Source of the DNA: an archaeon
Lineage (GTDB): Archaea > Thermoplasmatota > Thermoplasmata > WALJ01
NCBI GenBank assembly: GCA_024278375.1
Contig: JAJRTH010000092.1
Coordinates: 6,193 to 70,192, forward strand
Length of the DNA: 64,000 nucleotides
Reading direction: 5' to 3'
Below the pieces are notes generated by a model that was given only the letters and a program-made list of their open reading frames with translations, ran no database searches and was not told the origin of the DNA. The translations under genes were made by a program, and so were the position numbers. The number at the start of each line of letters is the position of its first letter. Positions within the stretch are counted from its first letter, which is position 1. Of this stretch, positions 1 to 8,480 are shown piece after piece.

Positions 1-14
1 TCAGAGGTCCTTGA
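1..14 (+). CDS. 3' end of a probable Zn-ribbon RNA-binding protein (COG2888), truncated by the window edge
   Basis: Reads (F)-R-G-P-stop (tc aga ggt cct tga). This matches the ...CGFxGP C-terminus of the Zn-ribbon gene that normally precedes archaeal EF-1beta. Only 14 nt are visible. Confidence 0.45.
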
Positions 15-23
15 GGTGAGAGT

Positions 24-290
24 ATGGGTTAAGTCGCGATGATATACAGGATAATGCCCGAAAGTCCGGAAAATCTCAGGTCCATAAAAAACGAGGTCGA
101 GAGCATTGTGAAATCTCTGGGTGCTGAACTGAACAGGGCGGAGGAGAAGCCGATAGCCTTTGGCCTTAAGGCACTGGAAATAACCATAATCATGGATGAC
201 AAATCCGGTAAAAGCGGAGAACTCGAGGAAAAGCTGGCCTCCATCCCAGGCGTTCAGAGCATGGAATTGACGGATATGAGCCTTATATGA
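24..290 (+). CDS. ef1b: Translation elongation factor 1-beta; in-frame TAA at codon 3 (30-32), rescuable by ATG at 39
   Basis: Motifs IMPESPE, EEKPIAFGLKAL and IPGVQS. SD GAGGTGA (13-19) precedes ATG24, which reads ATG GGT TAA GTC GCG ATG. Confidence 0.9.
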
Positions 291-1236
291 TGCCGAAGGC
301 CGCAAGTAGGGCCTCTATCTGAATTCTCGGATTCGAGCCCTCCACCATCCTGAACTCGGCCTCCCCAATCTTTTCCAGCATCATCACCTTTTTGCTCTCT
401 TTTATTCCGGCTTCATCTATTACGACCTTGTGTATCGCTTTTATTATGTCTTCACCGGAAAGACCTTGGTCTATCAGAAGTTTGTCCAGTATTCTTCTGG
501 CTTCCATGAACTTCCCTGTAATGGCCTTGCCGACCATCTCTCTTACGTCCTTCGGGTCCGCCATTGCCGTGGCTTCGAAAACGGTTTTCAGCGTTATCTC
601 CTTTCCGTCTGAGAACGAAGCGGCGACCTGTAGTATGTTAACGGCCTTTCTGACATCTCCGTCGGCAACATAGGCTATCTGCTTTACAGCCTCATCGCTT
701 ATCTTCAGTTTTTCCCCTTCGATTATCCTTTTCAGATAGAAAATGATGTCTTCTTCATCGGGTCTCGTGAACCTGAACACGGCGCATCTTGACTGTATCG
801 GCTCGATTATCTTGGAGGAATAGTTGCAGGAGAGAATGAACCTGCATGTTCTGGAGTACTTCTCCATGGTCCTTCTGAGAGCTGCCTGAGCGTCGGATGT
901 GAGGGCATCGGCCTCGTCCAGAAAGATGATCTTGAAAGGAGCACCGCCGAATGGAGCGGTTCTCGCATATTCCTTTATGTTTACCCTGACCACATCTATT
1001 CCCCTCTCATCGCTGGCATTGAGTTCGTAGAAATTGCTCTGCCAGTTGTCCCCGAAGAACTCCTTGGCTATTGCTATGGCACAGGTGGTCTTGCCAATCC
1101 CTGCCGGGCCGGCGAAAAGGAGATGCGGCATATTTCCGCTCTTCACATAGGATTTAAGCCTCGGAACCACATTTTTCTGACCCACAACCTCATCCAGAGT
1201 CTCGGGTCTGTACTTCTCTGTCCATATCTCAAGCAT
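283..1236 (-). CDS. rfcS: Replication factor C small subunit
   Basis: WTEKYRP, Walker A GPAGIGKT, ELNASDERG, DEAD, SRC motif. Confidence 0.97.
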   Translation of the reverse strand: MLEIWTEKYRPETLDEVVGQKNVVPRLKSYVKSGNMPHLLFAGPAGIGKTTCAIAIAKEFFGDNWQSNFYELNASDERGIDVVRVNIKEYARTAPFGGAPFKIIFLDEADALTSDAQAALRRTMEKYSRTCRFILSCNYSSKIIEPIQSRCAVFRFTRPDEEDIIFYLKRIIEGEKLKISDEAVKQIAYVADGDVRKAVNILQVAASFSDGKEITLKTVFEATAMADPKDVREMVGKAITGKFMEARRILDKLLIDQGLSGEDIIKAIHKVVIDEAGIKESKKVMMLEKIGEAEFRMVEGSNPRIQIEALLAAFGII

Positions 1237-1388
1237 GAAGGGTGATTGCGCATCTGCATATTAAGTTTTTTGATTGTCGCAAATTAAATGTGAGCCCATT
1301 CCACCCTATGCCTGTTACTGTGACCCCATTATCCGTTTATGATTAGTAAAGGGCGAAGAGTGCCCTCCGTAACGGGCCAAAAACGGCC

Positions 1389-1403
1389 TAAAATCTTTAT
1401 ATA
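1389..1403 (+). promoter_or_regulatory. BRE/TATA promoter of the aldehyde dehydrogenase pair
   Basis: TAAAATC-TTTATATA about 30 nt upstream of ATG1434; SD AGGTGA lies between them. Confidence 0.6.
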
Positions 1404-1433
1404 CCGTTTGTTCTTCGAGTAGCAGGTGATATC

Positions 1434-2978
1434 ATGAATGTTAATGAGGTAAAGAAAGAAATCATGGAAAAACTGGAACTCGGCGAACTGAATTCCGGTG
1501 TTTTCTACGGCGAATGGGCTCCGGTAGAGGGAAGAGACACCTTAAGCTCATACTCACCGATAGACGGAAGCCCAATAGCAAAGGTCACCATGGCCACGAA
1601 AGAGGATTATGAGAAAGTAATAAAGAAAGCTCAGGAATCGTTCAAAGTATGGAGCGACATACCTGCACCGAAGAGGGGCTGGGTAGTTAGAGAGATAGGG
1701 AACGAACTGAGAAAATACAAAAAAGAATTGGGAAGGCTGGTCTCCATAGAGGGCGGTAAGACTCTTACGGAGGGAGAAGGAGAGGTTCAGGAGATGATAG
1801 ACATAGCTGACTTCGCGCTCGGTCTTTCCAGACAGTTCTACGGACTCACCATTGCCAGCGAAAGGGAGCACCACAGAATGTACGAACAGTGGCTCCCGAT
1901 AGGCCCGATCGGCGTCATAACATCCTTCAACTTCCCGTGCGCTGTTTGGGCATGGAACACCATGATAGCCTCCGCTGCCGGAGACACTTCTGTCTGGAAG
2001 CCCTCAAGCAAGGGAGCGCTAGTCGCCATAGCCACAATGAAGATAGCCAACCGTGCGGTCGAGAGGCTGGGATATCCGCCCATATTCTTCCTTGTGGTAG
2101 GAAGGGGCAGGGAGGTCGGCGAATGGATGTCCACCGATTCGAGATTGCCTCTCATATCTTTCACAGGTTCCATCCCGACGGGAAAAAGGATAGCCGAGAA
2201 TGTTGCCAAGAGGCTTGGAAGAACGATACTCGAGCTCGGAGGAAACAACGCCGCGATAGTCACGCCGAAAGCGGATACTACGACCGCCCTGAAAGGAGTC
2301 GCATTCGGAGCGCTGGCAACCGCAGGTCAGAGATGTACCACCACGAGAAGGCTCATACTCCACGAGTCCATATATGATGATTTTCTGGGAAAGTTGAAGA
2401 ACATATACGAGAAGGTCAGTATAGGCAATCCTCTGGAAAAAGAGGTTCTCATGGGCCCGCTCATAGACGAAAAGGCCGTGGAGAACTACCTGGATGCAAT
2501 AAAGCAGGCGCAGGAACAGGGCGGCAAACTGATATACGGCGGAGAGAGAGCAAAAATTCCCGGTTTCGAGAACGGGCACTATGTCAAACCCACCATTATA
2601 GAGGCGAATCCGGACATGGATATCGTCAAGACAGAGACATTCGCTCCCATACTATATGTTATGAAATACAGAACCATCGAAGAAGCACTCGAAATCCACA
2701 ACAACGTGCCTCAGGGCCTCTCATCCGCTATATTCACAACAGACCTTCAGGAGGAGGAATACTTCCTCTCGCACAGGGGTTCCGACTGCGGAATAGCCAA
2801 TGTGAACACGAGCACCGCAGGAGCGGAGATAGGCGGAGCTTTCGGCGGTGAGAAGGAGACAGGCGGAGGAAGAGAGAGCGGAAGCGATGCCTGGAAGGCG
2901 TACATGAGAAGGCAGACTGTGACGATAAACTACGGAAAAGACCTCCCTCTCGCACAGGGAGTGAAATTCGACATATGA
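1434..2978 (+). CDS. Aldehyde dehydrogenase, ALDH7/antiquitin-like (alpha-aminoadipate semialdehyde / piperideine-6-carboxylate dehydrogenase)
   Basis: FTGS, LELGGNNA, catalytic GQRCTT, GAEIGGAFGGEKETGGGRESGSDAWKAY, C-terminal LPLAQGVKF typical of ALDH7. Confidence 0.9.
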   Translation: MNVNEVKKEIMEKLELGELNSGVFYGEWAPVEGRDTLSSYSPIDGSPIAKVTMATKEDYEKVIKKAQESFKVWSDIPAPKRGWVVREIGNELRKYKKELGRLVSIEGGKTLTEGEGEVQEMIDIADFALGLSRQFYGLTIASEREHHRMYEQWLPIGPIGVITSFNFPCAVWAWNTMIASAAGDTSVWKPSSKGALVAIATMKIANRAVERLGYPPIFFLVVGRGREVGEWMSTDSRLPLISFTGSIPTGKRIAENVAKRLGRTILELGGNNAAIVTPKADTTTALKGVAFGALATAGQRCTTTRRLILHESIYDDFLGKLKNIYEKVSIGNPLEKEVLMGPLIDEKAVENYLDAIKQAQEQGGKLIYGGERAKIPGFENGHYVKPTIIEANPDMDIVKTETFAPILYVMKYRTIEEALEIHNNVPQGLSSAIFTTDLQEEEYFLSHRGSDCGIANVNTSTAGAEIGGAFGGEKETGGGRESGSDAWKAYMRRQTVTINYGKDLPLAQGVKFDI

Positions 2979-2988
2979 GGTGGTAGGT

Positions 2989-4608
2989 ATGATATGGCCT
3001 ATTGAAAAACCGAAAAACGATGTGGATACCATTCCGACGTATTCCTCCGGAAGCGCGGAAAGAGAGAGGCTTCTGGATGAGATAGAGAGGATGAAGAACA
3101 CGACCTTGGAAATACCTCTGATAATAGGAGGTAAGGAGGTAAAGACGGATGACATCTTCGAGGTCAGATGCCCGCATAACAGGGAACTCGTGCTTGCCAG
3201 AGCGCATCTAGCTGGCGAGGAGGAGCTTAAAGAAGCCATAGATGCTGCACTTGCGGCCCACGAGGAATGGGCGAACATGGACTGGTACCACAGGACTGCC
3301 ATATTCAAAAAGGCCGCTGACATGCTTTCCGGACCGTACAGGACAAGGAACATAGCGGCTATAATGCTCAACCAGTCAAAGAATCCCTATGAGGCGGAGA
3401 TAGACCTTGCAGAGCTCGTTGATTTCTGGAACTTCAACTCCTACTACACGAAGATGATATATGAGAATCAGCCGAACCAGTATCCCGGTGAGATGAACAG
3501 GCTGGACTGGCGCCCACTCGAAGGCTTTATACTTGCGATACCACCGTTCAATTTCTACTCCATAGGCGGCAATCTGCCAACCGCTCCGGCAATCGTGGGA
3601 AACGTCGCTCTGTGGAAGCCGTCCAGAGCCGTTCTGCTCTCCAACTACGAGATAATGAGGGTTCTCCTGGAAGCCGGACTACCCGGGGGCGTGATAAACT
3701 TCGTGCCTTTCTCAAGCAAATATGGAGATATTGTGCTGAAGCACCCCGATTTCGCAGGACTGCATTTCACCGGAAGCTATGAGACCCTTGTCACACTCTG
3801 GAACAAGATAGGGGCCAACCTCGAGAACTACAGAAACTTCCCGAGAATCGTGGGAGAGACCGGCGGAAAGGACTTCATATTCGTGCATAATTCAGCGGAC
3901 CCGAGAGGCGTTGCCATAAACATCCTCAGGGGAGGATTCGGATATCAGGGACAGAAGTGTTCCGCCGTTTCCAGGGTGTATGTGCCTGAGGGAATGTGGG
4001 GTGAGATAAAATCCGTACTGCTCGAAGAACTTCCCAAGGTCAGATACGGACCCACCGAGGACCTTAATAACTACATGGGTGCGATAATAGATAAGAGCGC
4101 CTATGAGAAGATAGTGAGCTATATCGATCATGCAAAGGCACATCCCGAAGAATACGAGTTCATATACGGTGGCAATTACGATTCCTCGAAAGGATGGTTC
4201 GTTGAGCCAACGGTTATCAGAACGAACAACCCGAAGAGCAAGCTCATGAGCGAGGAGATATTCGGCCCCGTCGTAACCGTCTATTTATATCCGGATGACA
4301 AATTCGAGGAAACTCTCAGGCTATGCGATTCCACATCTCCCTATGCGCTCACCGGCTCGATATTCGCCACCGACAGGTATGCGATAACAACCGCGGAGAG
4401 AATTCTGAGATACAGTGCGGGCAACTTCTACATAAACGACAAACCAACGGGTGCGATAGTCGGAAGACAGCCATTCGGCGGATCGAGAGCATCGGGCACA
4501 AATGACAAGGCGGGCTCTTTCCTGAACCTTCTGAGATGGCTCAACCCGAGGACAATAAAGGAAACGACCATCCTGCCATCCGACTGGAGAAGACCGTTTA
4601 TGGAATAA
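2989..4608 (+). CDS. pruA: Delta-1-pyrroline-5-carboxylate (L-glutamate gamma-semialdehyde) dehydrogenase, ALDH4/PruA type
   Basis: RPLEGF, PFNF, GETGGKDF, GQKCSA, EEIFGP, NDKPTGA, QPFGGSRASGTNDKAG. Confidence 0.92.
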   Translation: MIWPIEKPKNDVDTIPTYSSGSAERERLLDEIERMKNTTLEIPLIIGGKEVKTDDIFEVRCPHNRELVLARAHLAGEEELKEAIDAALAAHEEWANMDWYHRTAIFKKAADMLSGPYRTRNIAAIMLNQSKNPYEAEIDLAELVDFWNFNSYYTKMIYENQPNQYPGEMNRLDWRPLEGFILAIPPFNFYSIGGNLPTAPAIVGNVALWKPSRAVLLSNYEIMRVLLEAGLPGGVINFVPFSSKYGDIVLKHPDFAGLHFTGSYETLVTLWNKIGANLENYRNFPRIVGETGGKDFIFVHNSADPRGVAINILRGGFGYQGQKCSAVSRVYVPEGMWGEIKSVLLEELPKVRYGPTEDLNNYMGAIIDKSAYEKIVSYIDHAKAHPEEYEFIYGGNYDSSKGWFVEPTVIRTNNPKSKLMSEEIFGPVVTVYLYPDDKFEETLRLCDSTSPYALTGSIFATDRYAITTAERILRYSAGNFYINDKPTGAIVGRQPFGGSRASGTNDKAGSFLNLLRWLNPRTIKETTILPSDWRRPFME

Positions 4609-4624
4609 ACCTCTTTTTCCTTTT

Positions 4625-5206
4625 ATGATATACGATAGGTTCGCAAGATATGCCGGCATTCTCGCTCCTCCGATTACATTTCTTTTCATAGCCGTTGCCA
4701 TACTGACACATCCCTGGTTCTCTTTCACGGAAAATGCCCTGAGTGACTTGGGAGCGCTCCACACCGAGAACAACTGGATATTCAACACCGGCCTGATTCT
4801 GGGAGGAATTCTTGCCACCGTTTTCTCCGTTTATCTTCAGGGTAAGGGAAAAAACATGGCTGAGAACACAGGATATGCGATATTCCTGGCCTCCTCCGTG
4901 TTCATGATTCTGATAGGTGTTTTTCCGGAAGATACCGCACCGCACTTCACTGTCTCGGTCCTTTTCTATCTTCTTGGCTCTGTAGCGATATCCATATCCG
5001 GCATAGGTTTCGTGCGCTCCGGTAGGAAAAAGGAGGGGAAAATCTCTGTCGCACTGGTCCTGGTCACTCTCGCCATAGCACTCGGAATAGAGTGGAATGG
5101 CATAGCGATTCCGGAGACAATCGGCGCTCTGGCCATAGCCGCATGGGTTTATATCGTGATATTCGGGGTCAGGGGCAATGCCGTTCTCCGGCGCAAAGCA
5201 AATTAA
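4625..5206 (+). CDS. DUF998-family membrane protein
   Basis: PWFSFTENALSDLG, FN.GL, IGVFPED..PH..VS, AIPE; about 6 hydrophobic helices. Confidence 0.8.
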   Translation: MIYDRFARYAGILAPPITFLFIAVAILTHPWFSFTENALSDLGALHTENNWIFNTGLILGGILATVFSVYLQGKGKNMAENTGYAIFLASSVFMILIGVFPEDTAPHFTVSVLFYLLGSVAISISGIGFVRSGRKKEGKISVALVLVTLAIALGIEWNGIAIPETIGALAIAAWVYIVIFGVRGNAVLRRKAN

Positions 5207-5227
5207 CATCCACTCGATACGGGAATC

Positions 5228-5467
5228 ATGCACGAAGTAATCGAAAAGGCGGAGGAATATTTCCTCGAACTTGTATCCAGAATAGAAGAAGGCGATGAGG
5301 AGGCCCTGGGCGAACTCAAAGAATTGAAAAGATACATGGCGGATATAAATTCTATTCTCGATATGATAGAGGAAAACGACACAATAGAGACGATAAAAGC
5401 CAAATTCGACTCTCTGGAAGAGAGATTCGACAGGTTAATGATGGAGATTCACAGGGTAGTGGGCTGA
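5228..5467 (+). CDS. Small acidic helical hypothetical protein
   Basis: 79 aa ORF filling the gap between genes, with host-like codon usage. Confidence 0.6.
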   Translation: MHEVIEKAEEYFLELVSRIEEGDEEALGELKELKRYMADINSILDMIEENDTIETIKAKFDSLEERFDRLMMEIHRVVG

Positions 5468-7384
5468 TTATTTCACTCGCATAGTCTCCAGGTTCCTGGG
5501 AACCGCAGTCTCCACATCGTATTTTCTTCTTGCCACGTGGGCCATCTCGAGCGCTTTCGATTCTTCCCCGTGACAGAAGACTATCCTCTCGGGTTCGGGA
5601 GTAAGTGAAGATATGTACCTTATCAGCTGTCTTCTGTCGGAGTGGCCTGAAAATCCCTCGGATGTTTCCACATCCATCTTTATCTCGATGGTTATCGGAT
5701 TCCCTCTTTCCATCAGAGTGACATCCTTCCATCCCTTCTGTATCTTGTTACCCAGTGTTCCTTCGGCCTGATAGCCTACGAATATAAGCGTGTTCCTCTC
5801 GTCGTCTGCCCAGTGTTTGAAATATTCCATCACCGGTCCGCCGTTCATCATACCAGAGGTTGCCAGCACTATGGCCGGGTCCGGATCTCCTATTATGTTC
5901 TCTCTCTGACTTCCGGTCTCGACCCTGTGGAACACCTCCGAGAGGAAGGGGTTTTCCTGTTGCTGGAATATCTTCATCCTCAGTTCGCTGTTTAGATACT
6001 CGGGATATGCCGTGTGTATGGCCGTTGCCTCCCATATCATGCCGTCGAGGTAAACAGGTGTTTCCGGTATCTCGCCGGTCCTCATAAGTTCTTCGAGAAC
6101 GAGCATGACCTCCTGCGAACGGCCGACAGCTAAGACCGGCACGAGTATTTTACCGCCTTTCGAGATGGTCCTCGTCACGATCTCCTTCAACTGCGCCGTC
6201 GCCTCTCTTCTCGTAGGTTGTATGTCCGTATAGCTTCCGTATGTGGATTCCATTATTACCGTATCCAGCCTGGGATACTTGGCGTTGGCGGCGTTGAAAA
6301 GCCATGTTCTCTCGAACTTTATGTCACCCGTTATCAGGATATTATATGTGCCGTTACCGATGTTGAAGTGTGCGGACGCCGAACCGAGGATATGGCCGGC
6401 ATTGTGAAGGGTCAGCTTTATATCTGGGGCTATGTCGGTGGTTTCCTTGTATTTCAGAGGTATGCAGTGCTTTACGGCATTCCTTATGTCTGCCGACTGA
6501 TAAGGGCTCCTCTTCCCCTCACCGAATGATACCTTGATATAGTCCAGTTGAAGCAATGCCATTAGGTCCCTTGTAGGGGGGGTACAGTATATGGGCCCCT
6601 CATATCCGTATTTGTAAAGGGCAGGAACCAACCCGGAGTGGTCCAGATGGGCATGCGTCAGAACAACGGCATCTATGGAGTCCAGGGGCTGGACCTCCGG
6701 AACATCCAGAAAAGGAGTCGTCCTGGAAGGGTCGGTGGAAACATCCACACCCACATCTATGAGAACCCTGCTGTTCTTCGTCATGAGCAGGGTGCAGCTT
6801 CTGCCTACCTCTCTGTACCCGCCGAGTGCCGTGAACCTTATCCAGTATTCTCCCTTTTCGATGAGGTCCCGGTTGAGCCTCTTTCCGACTTTCAGGAGGA
6901 AATTCCGCCTTTCGTCCGCAACCATCCTCAGGTATTTCCTTATGTCCTCTATGGTCTTGGACTGAATGGGAGGAGTCCTTATGACCACGGGGGCCCAGCC
7001 GGTCTTTCTCTTTATTTCGTTGAGGAGAGCGCCTTTTTTACCTATGGCGATACCAGGGGCTTTTGCCTCTATGGTAACCTGCCCCGTTTCCCGATCGAAG
7101 TAGAAATCGGTTATCTCCGCCTCTTTCGGTATTATGTTCCTTATCTCTATCTCGGCATCGTCCGGCGGCAGTGTAATGGAGGGATCCGGCCGTATCTTAA
7201 CCCTTTTTTTGAGTATTTTGGCAAGTTTGTTTATTATTTCCTCGCTCTGGGCGAATGCCCCTATGTCCCTCGTATAGATCACTATCGCGGGACCTTCAAA
7301 GGTTATGTCGACGATATCGACCTGCCCGGACAGTATCTCGTTTATTGCCTTTCTTGTCTCTCTGAGAACATCTTCGGCACTCAT
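5468..7384 (-). CDS. fttA: Beta-CASP ribonuclease aCPSF1 (transcription termination factor FttA) with N-terminal KH domains
   Basis: KH GxxG motif (IGKKG), LGGYREVGRS, THAHLDH, AGHILGS, MESTYG, GFSGHSD, HGE; conserved adjacency to psmB. Confidence 0.95.
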   Translation of the reverse strand: MSAEDVLRETRKAINEILSGQVDIVDITFEGPAIVIYTRDIGAFAQSEEIINKLAKILKKRVKIRPDPSITLPPDDAEIEIRNIIPKEAEITDFYFDRETGQVTIEAKAPGIAIGKKGALLNEIKRKTGWAPVVIRTPPIQSKTIEDIRKYLRMVADERRNFLLKVGKRLNRDLIEKGEYWIRFTALGGYREVGRSCTLLMTKNSRVLIDVGVDVSTDPSRTTPFLDVPEVQPLDSIDAVVLTHAHLDHSGLVPALYKYGYEGPIYCTPPTRDLMALLQLDYIKVSFGEGKRSPYQSADIRNAVKHCIPLKYKETTDIAPDIKLTLHNAGHILGSASAHFNIGNGTYNILITGDIKFERTWLFNAANAKYPRLDTVIMESTYGSYTDIQPTRREATAQLKEIVTRTISKGGKILVPVLAVGRSQEVMLVLEELMRTGEIPETPVYLDGMIWEATAIHTAYPEYLNSELRMKIFQQQENPFLSEVFHRVETGSQRENIIGDPDPAIVLATSGMMNGGPVMEYFKHWADDERNTLIFVGYQAEGTLGNKIQKGWKDVTLMERGNPITIEIKMDVETSEGFSGHSDRRQLIRYISSLTPEPERIVFCHGEESKALEMAHVARRKYDVETAVPRNLETMRVK

Positions 7385-7396
7385 GGAATCAATTCC

Positions 7397-8038
7397 TCAC
7401 TGTAAAACTTTTTTCTTTATATTCTCAATCTCCTCGTCGGAGAACCGCTTAAATCCGTCTTTTCTGTCTATCGTGGCCAGATTTATACCGTCTCCGGACG
7501 CCGCATCTCTCTTCATGGCCATGGAGATTGCCCTTACCGCCAGTTCCACCCCCTGTTTCACAGAAATCCCCTTCCTGTAATGGTACTCCAGAATACCGTA
7601 TACATATGGGGACCCCGAGCCGGTTGTGACGTAATCGTCCTCTATGGAACCTCCGGCGGCATCCAGGGAAAATACATGCGGACCTCTCTCGTCTATGCCT
7701 GCGATGATTAGCTGGACCCAGTATGGATAATAACTTCTTCCGTTAAGGATGTTGGCCATCAGGGTGGCTGCTCCGTTCAGTGTTATTGGCTTGCCGTTCT
7801 TTATCTTGTAAAGTTGCACTTCGGCGGATATGTATCTGGCAAGGAGTTGGGCATCCCCAACGAGGCCGGCCACGGTCATTCCTATGTGGTCATCTATCTT
7901 GAAAAGCTTGTTCGTCCTCTTATGGGCTATCAGAGTGCCCATGGTGGCCCTCATCTCTGTCGCCATCACTATTCCGTCCTTGCAGACCATCGCCACAGTG
8001 GTGGTTCCTTTTTTCAGTTCTGGTTTCTCTTCTTTCAT
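7397..8038 (-). CDS. psmB: Proteasome beta subunit
   Basis: Propeptide then G|TTT catalytic Thr; AGLVGDAQ, TGSGS, RDAASG. Confidence 0.96.
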   Translation of the reverse strand: MKEEKPELKKGTTTVAMVCKDGIVMATEMRATMGTLIAHKRTNKLFKIDDHIGMTVAGLVGDAQLLARYISAEVQLYKIKNGKPITLNGAATLMANILNGRSYYPYWVQLIIAGIDERGPHVFSLDAAGGSIEDDYVTTGSGSPYVYGILEYHYRKGISVKQGVELAVRAISMAMKRDAASGDGINLATIDRKDGFKRFSDEEIENIKKKVLQ

Positions 8039-8144
8039 ATTATCGACCTTTAATTACAGTTAATTAGGTTTCTCCCTGTAGCACAGGAACTTCCTAAAAG
8101 TGCTGATTGGGCATATTTCTTCGGTATTTAAGAATTTCGGGAAC

Positions 8145-8360
8145 TCATTTCGGAGCGATGCTGACCACATTATTTCCTCTGAGTATTACCTTTCCAAGTC
8201 TCCTTACCCTTTCCTGGGTTGTCTCTTCGGTGTCCTCGAGAACCATGTTCATGTAGTCATCAAATCCGACGAGCTTTCCTTCGAGAACCCTTCCGTCCTT
8301 TAGCAGAAGGGTTATCCTGTGGTTCAGCGATTGTTCGAGTAGTGTGTTGGGCATAACCAT
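8145..8360 (-). CDS. Sm/Lsm-like RNA-binding protein (SmAP)
   Basis: Sm1 GKLVGFDDYMNMVL, Sm2 ILRGNNV. Confidence 0.95.
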   Translation of the reverse strand: MVMPNTLLEQSLNHRITLLLKDGRVLEGKLVGFDDYMNMVLEDTEETTQERVRRLGKVILRGNNVVSIAPK

Positions 8361-8480
8361 GTATTTCCCTCAGAGCCATATATTCTACTCGGATTTAAAG
8401 TTTTTGTATTAAACCCGCCTCTGCCCGAGATTTGTAGAAATAACTTTATATGCATGCCATCTTCCCAATACGGTTTTGAC

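Noticed and set aside
1345..1390. Small hairpins upstream of the ALDH promoter
   Set aside because: The 4-5 bp stems lie upstream of the TATA box; insufficient support for a functional element.
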